Assembly (NCBI RefSeq): GCF_902652985.1
Contig: NC_047016.1
Location: forward strand, 23,126,001-23,190,000
From: Pecten maximus
Lineage: Eukaryota
DNA: 64,000 nt
Direction of reading: 5' to 3'
Shown here piece after piece: positions 55,401 through 64,000 of this stretch. Positions within the stretch are counted from its first letter, which is position 1. Each line of letters opens with the position of its first letter. Both the position numbers and the translations under genes were made by a program. The notes under the pieces are model-generated. The model saw only the letters and a list, made by a program, of their open reading frames with translations. It was not told the DNA's origin and ran no database searches.

Positions 55401-56882
55401 TATGTCAAGTGTACAGACCTAACGATTCAATCAATTGGGAACATTATAGATATTGATTAATTTTCAAATGACATCAAAATACGTTTACATATCCTGAACT
55501 CCTACGATCGTTCAAACATCTAACGTTTAAATCCATGTTCGTGTAATATTCAAGTACGTCGTTTATGGAACATCTTGTCTATACACAAATCTAGATTCTG
55601 ATTTTGAGTTGGAATGACGGTTCCGTTATTATGTCGATATTCTGTGTCGTTTTTTTTGTTTAAGTTCGTTTACCATATACATTTGCTGTGTTTTGGTGGG
55701 TCGCGGTGGCCGAGTGGTTAAGGTGTCCCGACACTTTATTACTAGCCCTCTACCTCTAGGTTGCAGTTGCCAGGTACTGACCGTAGGCCGGTGGGTTTTC
55801 TCCGGATACTCCGGCTTTCCTCCGTCTCTTAAACCTGGCACGTCCTTAAATGATCCTAGCTGTTAATAGGACGTTAAACAAAAACAAACCAAAACTGTGT
55901 TTTTGCATGTTTTATCGTCTACTGGGATACTGTAGTTGTTGTAGTTATATTGAGTATTATCTTTAACCGAGAGAACACCAAATAATTATGCAACCCACTC
56001 AAGTGAATAGCAGTACGTATGAATTTAAATACTTACAGCACATGTCAATATATTAATGAATCAGTTAGTTAGTTAATGCCATATAGCGGCGTCATAACGT
56101 CTAGCACTCTTCAGTGATGTCAGAGCCGAAAAGAATGTAAATACAGAAGAGACGTTTGGACAATTGAAATCGGTTTATGTCAAGTGTACAGACCTAACGA
56201 TTCAATCAATTGGGAACATTATAGATATTGATTAATTTTCAAATGACATCAAAATACGTTTACATATCCTGAACTCCTACGATCGTTCAAACATCTAACG
56301 TTTAAATCCATGTTCGTGTAATATTCAAGTACGTCGTTTATGTTTTTGTACGTGGGTGATATAGCCTATATAGAAGATAATATGTGACGCCTTTCTTGAT
56401 GTCGACATTACACGTTATAGTACAATATGTATTTTCTATATTTCAATACTATATAATTAATTTTTCTTTGTTTTCATGGTAAATACTCAAATCTGATTGG
56501 TCGAAAAATTCTTTTCATTCTTCTATGAAAGAAATTCCGAGAATGGCGCGAAAATGTGACGTCACAATACGACAATTGACGTTGCGTATTGATTTGAGAA
56601 AACCAGTAAAATTGTACATAAAACATGTTTTAAATTAGAAAATCATTTTCAAAAATTAATTATATAGTTTCATCGGGGTATGAAACAAATTTTGTTTGCA
56701 AACTACTGTAAGAATCCGCTACGCGGATTCACACAGTTTGCAAACAAAATTTGTTTCAAACCCCGATGAAACTAAATAAAAAAAAAAAAAATGCTTAAAT
56801 GATAAAACAGAATTACTTTGAAAATTATCAGCATTTTATTTTCAGTGGTGAATCGAGTGTAAATGGAAACGTTTTCGGGTGA
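49451..56882 (+). CDS. C-type lectin gene 9 (chimeric, 164 aa, EPN/WRD)
   Basis: Exon 1 49451-49499 (MYIVRIGLVCVILVTQ, same peptide as gene 10), then gene-8-like exons 52293-52381, 52652-52742, 54206-54434, 56846-56882 (GESSVNGNVFG*). 495 nt in frame. No other exon 1 seen upstream of 52293, so the exon 1 to exon 2b join is inferred. Confidence 0.78.
49987..50075 (+). pseudogene. Degenerate extra exon 2 (2a) inside gene 9
   Basis: 89 nt, AG/GT intact, open frame VIFGLPNGCETFDGSSYFVFSITEDGLAAT. Paralogous to gene 10 exon 2 but both conserved Cys and both Trp are substituted. Confidence 0.8.
50317..52110 (-). mobile_element. Penelope-like remnant in gene 9, interrupted by a Tc1/mariner fragment
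   Basis: Minus strand RCIDNALSLKQQTIIDFVDQIYPNEPKIK...AYLD resembles RYIDDVLSLNN...IYP.ELEIK...SYLD; colinear with 43096-44330. Confidence 0.65.
50910..51340 (-). mobile_element. Tc1/mariner transposase remnant
   Basis: Minus strand FHQYGGTPYMARATQK*...FISKEN*PG/PDLNPV resembles FQQDGAP.H.A..TQ.W...WP.NSPDLNPIE; absent from gene 8 intron 1. Confidence 0.7.
52831..53127. mobile_element. Fold-back MITE with AT-rich core, gene 9 intron 3
   Basis: Long imperfect TIRs AAGCCAAGTTGTCATT...GTTGATCCAG..TTACCAAAT and ATTTGGTAA..CTGGATCAAC...AATGACAACTTGGCTT; absent at paralogous site ~45130. Confidence 0.8.
54533..54768. repeat. 33/36-bp minisatellite, gene 9 intron 4
   Basis: CTAGATTTGTATGGCGGGTGGCGTCAATTTG variants, paralogous to the gene 8 array. 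Confidence 0.9.
54920..55119 (+). mobile_element. tRNA-derived SINE (V-domain-like), copy 1
   Basis: A-box GGTGGCCGAGTGGTTAAGG; core GGGTTTTCTCCGGATACTCCGGCTTTCCTCC; tail GACGTTAAACAAAAACAAACC; target-site duplication CTGTGTTTT at 54911 and 55120. Confidence 0.85.
55695..55894 (+). mobile_element. tRNA-derived SINE, copy 2 (made by the 775-bp duplication)
   Basis: Same sequence and flanks as copy 1, offset 775 bp. Confidence 0.85.
56455..56800. mobile_element. Hairpin-bearing non-autonomous element near the end of gene 9 intron 4
   Basis: ~105-bp inverted repeat 56666-56773 centred on GAATCCGCTACGCGGATTC; absent from gene 8 (~47910-47945). Confidence 0.7.
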
Positions 56883-59800
56883 AACTTGTACACGCCTCTT
56901 CAGTAACATCTCATTTGTTGTATGAATCTGAACAGAATAAACTCCTTACTTGACGAAGTTTCAGTTTCATGTTTGTTTTTATTCTTTGTAGAAACAAATA
57001 AAACTAGACTGGTAGCGAATATATTTTCTTTTGTTCAAATACTTGATTTTATTTCATTTATGATGAACTGGTTACAATGTGTGTTTCGTATAGAAATCTA
57101 ATAATTGAATTTACTAATCACAAACATTGATCCATTCCTCGGGCTCTGTTTACTACAAAAGTATAAACATAACATTACAAACAATCCAAACGAATGTAAA
57201 ATATTGAAAGAATGGATCAATCCGTTTTATAATCAACAAATCTTATTTAAATGCATATTGTAGAATCAGAATGATATAATTGGAGCGAGAACTAACAACA
57301 AGAATACTATAGTTTACACCCCTCTTTAGAGATCCTCTTTAACTTGAGGAAACATGCGGCAGAAAGGCATACTCAATACTGATCACAATATTTTTATTTA
57401 GACATTTTACATTTCTTTCATTTCATCTAAAAGATTAAATTATATTCGCGGGAAATGACATTTGATGACGTAACCGGAAACCCGCATGCTATTAGATCGT
57501 GACCCGGATATAATGTTCACCTGTTTTACGAGAGAAACATGACGATTCTAAAAACAGATGATTATCGAACATAACCGGATTATTTTTGCATTTGTTGAGA
57601 CACCAATGTGCTAGAATTTCTATTAAGAATATTTGTTCTCATCATGTACAGTACATCTTTATTTTAAAATTGACTGGTCTGATCTGGAATTTGATTTTAC
57701 ATGACCACAAGGCCACGTTACTGTCATTTAAGGATTGAATGAAGTTATGTTGAGGTGTATGGGGGTATAAACCTCAATAGGTCTTGAGACAAATTTATTA
57801 TGAACTGCTTCGCAGTTATGTATTTATAGTTTATTGATTTTTCTTTTTTCTTTTGTTTGTATAATATTTTGTCCTTCACAAATAGGGACTTGTGCAAGTC
57901 TACCACGATACTTACCGAAATGTACGTCATCACTCTTCGTCTACATATGGTTATTACTTTCAGGATTTCTTTCGTGAACAAATTTAATAACGAATTAAAA
58001 CAAATATTATTTTTAATGGAATTTATTTCATATAAATATTAAAAAATATAGTCCCCTATTTTTAGAATGACAAATGTATTCCTACGCCGGACTTGATATA
58101 GTTCATTGAAAAATGACTTGAGTTAACTGTGGTAGGTTCATTGAGTCTGAGTTAAGTGGAAATATGAAAATATACTTTTGTAAACACTTGGTATGTCTGT
58201 TTACCCTATAACTCGATCTCATAACCTGTCTTTTTACTCTATGACTCATAACCTGTCTCATGATACTTCAATACTTTTGGTCTGATTTCAATACACAAAA
58301 TGTCAGATTTTATTAATCAATAGATCTTGCAACATCATCTTCTAACAGGGGCAAAGACCTTTGATGAGACTAAGTAATGAGTAGCCAGAGTTTCTTCTTG
58401 CCACCACACCGGAAATTAGACACTGACAAGCTCTCATACAGTTGCTAACTTTGGTTTGGGAACACATTCTCAAATAACAGATGATCACATGCTAAGTTCA
58501 GGATTGGATTTTTCCAAAATTGAAGGGTTGTGCCCCTTTGTTTTGTCCCTATGCATCATATTCTAGCAGTTGGCTATTCATATTTGTATTCATTTGTTCT
58601 ACACCTCATTATAATACATCTGGTGATATTTGAAATTGTTTGACATATGGAATAGGTAATTATATTGAGTCACATTGACTTCAGTTCTTCAATTCATCCA
58701 GTTCAAGATTTCTGGAAGTTACAAAAGAGGTGAAACTTTTCAAATTCATTTTAGTTTCCATATAGGTAAGATTTTAATATTTTATTGTTAAGGTTGTTTA
58801 CTTTATATTGTTGGAGGCGGAGGATTTATTCATATAAATCGAATATAACTTTTATATAACAAGGTTTCCACTTGCCTGTTTGTATGCTTATAATTAATGT
58901 CCTTTCTTTTGATAATATCTCTGTGAGTTATAGTCCCTCTCATGAGTGTTTACTTTTCTTTCTGTTAAATATCTTAAACTGTTTCTTTTCATTTATTTAA
59001 GTTTCCAGTTTCCTTTTGGTAAAAAATTCTCATTTTTTTTTTTTTTTTTTTTGAGAATTGGCTGGTTTTCAAAATTTGCTTTTTGTTTTGCAATGCATCA
59101 ATATTTTGCATGTCTCAATAACATATATATAGACATGCTCTGTTCATGCTCGAGTTTCCTTAAAACTGTTGTTGGACATTTTGAATTGGCGGATGTGTCT
59201 GATTAGCACATAATTAACTCAAAATTGTATACGATTTCATCAATAATTATTTCTCTTTGCTTTCATTTTAAAATTATCTGACTCAAACAGTTTTCTCCTT
59301 GTGGTTTAAATCTAATTGTGACATTTAAAATTCATTAAAGACCACTGGAGCCAGACATGCAAAAACCTTGAAAATCTTTAACTCAATAACCTTTAGGCCA
59401 ATATACCTGGTATTGGGCCTGTAGTATCCTGGTGAAGTGATACAAAATTTGTTTAAAAAACGAACGACAGTGACGTCCAGTCAAGGTCACAGCAGTCAAA
59501 CATGCTTAAATATTTAAAACTTTTTTTCTCAATATCAATATGAGGTCAAGAGAAGCACATGATTCATATATATATAGGCCCATATGGTCTCTCTTTGGTT
59601 GCTGCATAATACCTCTAAAAGTCTTTCAGGCTCGCATGTCAAAGGTCAATGTCACTATTTCTATCAAATGAAAATCAGTTGCTTGGAATACTACATGTAG
59701 CTTCAGATTTGAAAGTCAAATGTTAAAGATAATGTTACTATAGATAGAAAAAATCTTGCACATATCAATGAAAATCCATGCTTTCCCTAGATGAGAAAGT

Positions 59801-60142
59801 ATAAGATACTAGCTCACAGATTCTCTTTTTTTTATAAATATTCTTCACGTGGATAGATACGACAGCATTTTACATACTTTAATATATAAATACTTATTAC
59901 TGGTTAGCTTGTTATAATAATAATAATAATAATAATACATAAACAGTAAAGACAGAGGAAAGGTGTGAGAGAAGTAAGGAATATGGAGCTGTAATGTATT
60001 CACTGTGTATAAGAAATAATAAGATATTTGCATACTGCCCGAGAGCAGTTCTTGTTTTATGAAAGATAATGTTTTGTATTATAGCGAGATAAGACTATCT
60101 CCTGGATTGTGTTCCAGTAAATTTCCTCGTTAGTTTACAATC

Positions 60143-62481
60143 ATGTATATTGTACGGATAGGACTGGTGTGTGTGATCCTGGTTACGCAAGGTATGAACC
60201 ACATTTACTACTGTTAAAGATAAAGATATGTTATACTGCGAAAAAAAGTTCATATTACAAACCTTAAATTGCATTTAATGGTGTTGATCATATGTAACTT
60301 TCACCTTCCGAATACGATACCAGATGTCTATATGACACACAGCATGTATGTTTGTCTCCAGTGATCAGCGGATGTCCGAACGGCTGGGAAACATTTGACG
60401 GGTCCTGCTATTTTATAATCGGAATCACAGAAGATTGGCTAGCCGCGTCGGTAAATAAACTTTGGATTTACAATCATACATAACATTACCTACATATCTG
60501 TAATGTACATGATACTATAGTTGCGCTTATGTAACTTTAGACAGTTTTGAAACACGACTGATTTGTGTATTGGTTAATGATTAGTTGTCGCCGTTTTATT
60601 ATTCGAGTTCCCTATGTTTCCTTTTCATTACTTTAGGCCATTTTCACTTCTGGTAATGAGTGGTCTTGTCTGATATCATTGTAATTTATTCGGTTAAACT
60701 CGAAGTATTTGTTTGTCTATCGGTTTATATCATTGTAATTATTGTGTCACTGCTGTGGGATATATAAATGGTGAGTTCTGTACTGAATTCCTCCACGTAA
60801 TACTTGAACAGCTTGAAAATTTCTCACCACAACAGTTACGTAAGTGTTTCCTTTTACAGGACACATGTGGTCTGTTCCACGCCCATCTCGCTGTGGTTGA
60901 AGATGAACTCGAGAATAACTTTTTGAAACAAATTATCAACAAATATCATTGTAAGTTTTATTTTCATGTGAGTATCTAACTGTGAATAAATAACCATATT
61001 GTTTTATAATTTTACGCACTTAAATCCAGTTAATTCCGATATTCAACATTTTGTTTGATAACGAAAGAAATGCTTTATCTAAAAGTACATAATATCAAAT
61101 GTATCTTCCAACACTCGTTTTAGATTTTTTTTAAAGAATATTTGGTACATAAGAGACGTATATTTCATCAAATGTGTGGCTTTAACTACGCTTTGCACAT
61201 TAAATGGTCATCTGAATAGCAGAATAATGTTGAATTTCAAATACAAATAAATATTTTTTAAAAGAAATGCACAAAATAGCTATGCTATATACCAAAATAT
61301 TTGTTTAGATATGTAGTTTCTTAAAATCACCAATAATTTGCTGTAGATGCTAACAGTTTCTTCTGTAGAGCTACTTTGTGGTGAGATGTAGCATGGAATA
61401 ATAATAAGTCACACAAATAACCAAACCTGAAAAATAGCCATGCTGTTATGCTCACAAGTGTCTATATAGGAGCATTGGTTTGACCTTCTGCTATATATGC
61501 GATACAAATGAACTAATCAAGTCCCCCCTGAAACATGCTTTGTTCGCATGTTTTGTTGAAATTAACAAACAGCAAGTCCCATGGTTTTCCCTGATACATA
61601 CTAAAAGTTGATCAAGTTATTTCCGTTAAATTGCACCATAGTAGGAATTTATAGGCATTGTGACTGGATTGGCTATTTAGATGACCCTTAAACTATTTTT
61701 TTTTCAAATTAGAGAAATAATTGCCATTCACTTTCATTGAATGAACAAATAAACATACTATTTTCAATCAGTTTTTTTTATTGGAACGGAGTTTGAGATT
61801 CAGTTAAAGAATCTGAATCTGTTTCCTGAAAACTCTTGTTCAATTGTTCATTTGTAACAGTCTTATTAATTATCCTTCATCCATGAAATACTAAATGCTT
61901 GATGATAAAAACGCATTTTATGTATTTTCATGAATTACTAATTTTGAATACGTATGATACCAGTAGTTTTACACAAGAATGAAATATACAGATATAGAAC
62001 AGTTATAAGGTATCCTGGCCTCTAGATGGGCAGATAAACGACCGCTTCTACTGGCTGGGCGCTACTGACGTGTTTGTGGAGGGAGACTGGCGATGGCAGA
62101 GCAGTGGACATCGACTAAATTATACCAATTGGGGACCAGCAGATCCTAACAATCTGCATGACCAGGATTGTATGCTAGCGGAATTCACCAATACTCACTT
62201 CTTCTGGATCGATAGAGGATGTTCTGAAAAACATAGCTTTGTTTGTGAAATCAAGTAAGTCCGTTTTAAAGGAAAGATCTATTAAAGCGTATATACGTAT
62301 GTGTTAACATAAAATACGTCATATGATATTAGCTGTCATGAAAAATTATATTGATGACCGTCTACATTTTGACAGGGAATAATACATCACGTGGTTTCTA
62401 TCAGTAAAAGTGACTTACATATACTTTTATTATGTTTATTTTATTTCAAGCGATGGTTCTGATGCAGTCATTATTGGATGA
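60143..62481 (+). CDS. C-type lectin gene 10 (162 aa, DPN/WID)
   Basis: Exons 60143-60191, 60362-60450, 60860-60950, 62026-62254, 62451-62481 (DGSDAVIIG*). 489 nt in frame. Confidence 0.9.
61204..61687. mobile_element. TTAA-flanked MITE (Kolobok-like) in gene 10 intron 3
   Basis: TTAA-ATGGTCATCTGAATAGC at the left and GCTATTTAGATGACCC-TTAA at the right; similar ends at ~17810-17830 and its copies. Confidence 0.65.
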
Positions 62482-64000
62482 AGGTCAATCTGTAGTACAA
62501 TACACTTCAATGATACTTTTGTTTGTTATTTTAATTTGAATTGATTAAAAGTTATCATTGAAAGAATGGCATGTTTACTATATTGTTTCTAAGAATAAAA
62601 TTTAGCCAGGGGAAGTGTTTGTGGGAGGGCTATTCTTTATACAGGGGATTTTTTTTTTTCATAATACTTTTAAAAAATATCAAAACTTCGGTTATAATAC
62701 TAGCTAAATATATTGTAAATAATGTAAACGAATTGTGAAATTGCATTCAAAATTGTTGTAGCTTACTGCAATAAAACAACATTCTTTTCGTGAAGATAAT
62801 GAGAACATGGGTGTGGATTTCTGAGACAACGATAACCACAATAATTATCAAAATATTTTATTCAAACTTGTATTTTGATTTTGTAAAACATATTTCTTTT
62901 GTGGTATGTAGTGTTAAACGGGACTTTACCTTTTAAGATGACCGTAATTATCTGGTATTTGATCCTGAAATACCTATAAAAAAAGCACCGATCAGGCTAC
63001 TAGATTCGTTATCATCGGCTTTGTATCAAGTTTACGTTACATGCACATTATTTGAGCTTGATACGTCAGCCGGCAGTAAGGAAATGAAGTGACGACACAA
63101 ATGATATGATTTCTTACATCCAACTACGGTTTAACTAACAACTCAGCTTTGGCAACATAGTTTCTCATAATTCATATTTCTCATAGTTTTTTTGTTTTTT
63201 TCTTAATTATTGTTTGTACATTTGTGTATATATATATATACGTTAATACTTATGAACATAGAACACTACGTCCCTATAGGTGTTATTTGTATAAAAGTAT
63301 GTTCAACAACCGATTGTTCGTATTGAAAATTAAGGTAAATATCCTAGATAATCTTATGCCGCGTACCAATTACACATGTATGCCTTTCTTTATACATGTA
63401 TACGTTAATTAACTAATTAATTACATGGTGCTGATGACATCACACAATCAATATTCCAATCAATCACAGAGCTAGAAAACTAATTTAATGAGAAGTCTTT
63501 TTTCTCTTTCTTCAGTGGTTTTCCCAGTTTTCCTTTGTTTTCAGAGGTTGAGCGACTTGCAACTAAAGTTCAGTTTTCTTACTATTCTTTTTGGATAAAC
63601 GACTTAATACAAAGAGTCGGATCACTAACTTTCCGTTTTGATTTAAAGCATAATCATATATTCCAAATAAAAACACCATTTTTTTTATTATTCAGGAACT
63701 GCATGTAACATACAAATAGAACATTAATTTACAGATTTAGGAATGAGGCTGATATAGTTGATTTCATACCTTAGAAATATATGATAAATAGGATAGTTTG
63801 TATCTACAGAATATCTACGAAGCTCCAGTCGTGTACTAGGCTCTAATATCATCTCCCTCGCAAGAAATAACAATTTTGGCTCCAACTTGTTTTGCGCGTT
63901 TAGAATGGGCGAGGTATACAAGTCCAGGAATCAATCATCCCAAAAACATCAAGATAAACATTTATTATTGGTGTCAATGACGCCTAAGCTATAAGATGAT

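Larger units (their letters stand above)
54792..56341. repeat. 775-bp near-perfect tandem duplication in gene 9 intron 4
   Basis: GGAACATCTTGTCTATACAC starts at 54792 and 55567; duplicated ORFs at 54854 and 55629 are 775 apart. Confidence 0.95.

Noticed and set aside
57400-59820. Spacer between genes 9 and 10 as a hidden gene
   Set aside because: No lectin exon or convincing ORF seen; it looks like fragmented repeats that I could not classify.

Overview
AT-rich eukaryotic DNA with GT-AG introns; the gene family and repeats suggest a bivalve mollusc (inference). The window holds a tandem array of 10 plus-strand, five-exon genes for secreted single-domain C-type lectins (perlucin-like, 159-165 aa). 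Each has a signal-peptide exon, three CTLD exons (89 nt, 91 nt, 223-238 nt) and a mini-exon ending in Gly-stop. Genes 3-6 are near-identical ~6 kb duplicates whose amino-acid differences cluster at the sugar-specificity motif (EPN, EPD, QPN, QPN). Gene 9 is a fusion gene with two frame-incompatible exon-2 copies. Nine of the ten genes share an inverted GATA pair just upstream of the ATG. Introns and spacers carry minisatellites, Gypsy, L1/Tx1, Penelope and Tc1 remnants, a duplicated SINE and several MITEs. Most ORFs in the supplied track are spurious or single exons. All gene models were built by hand, without transcript data.
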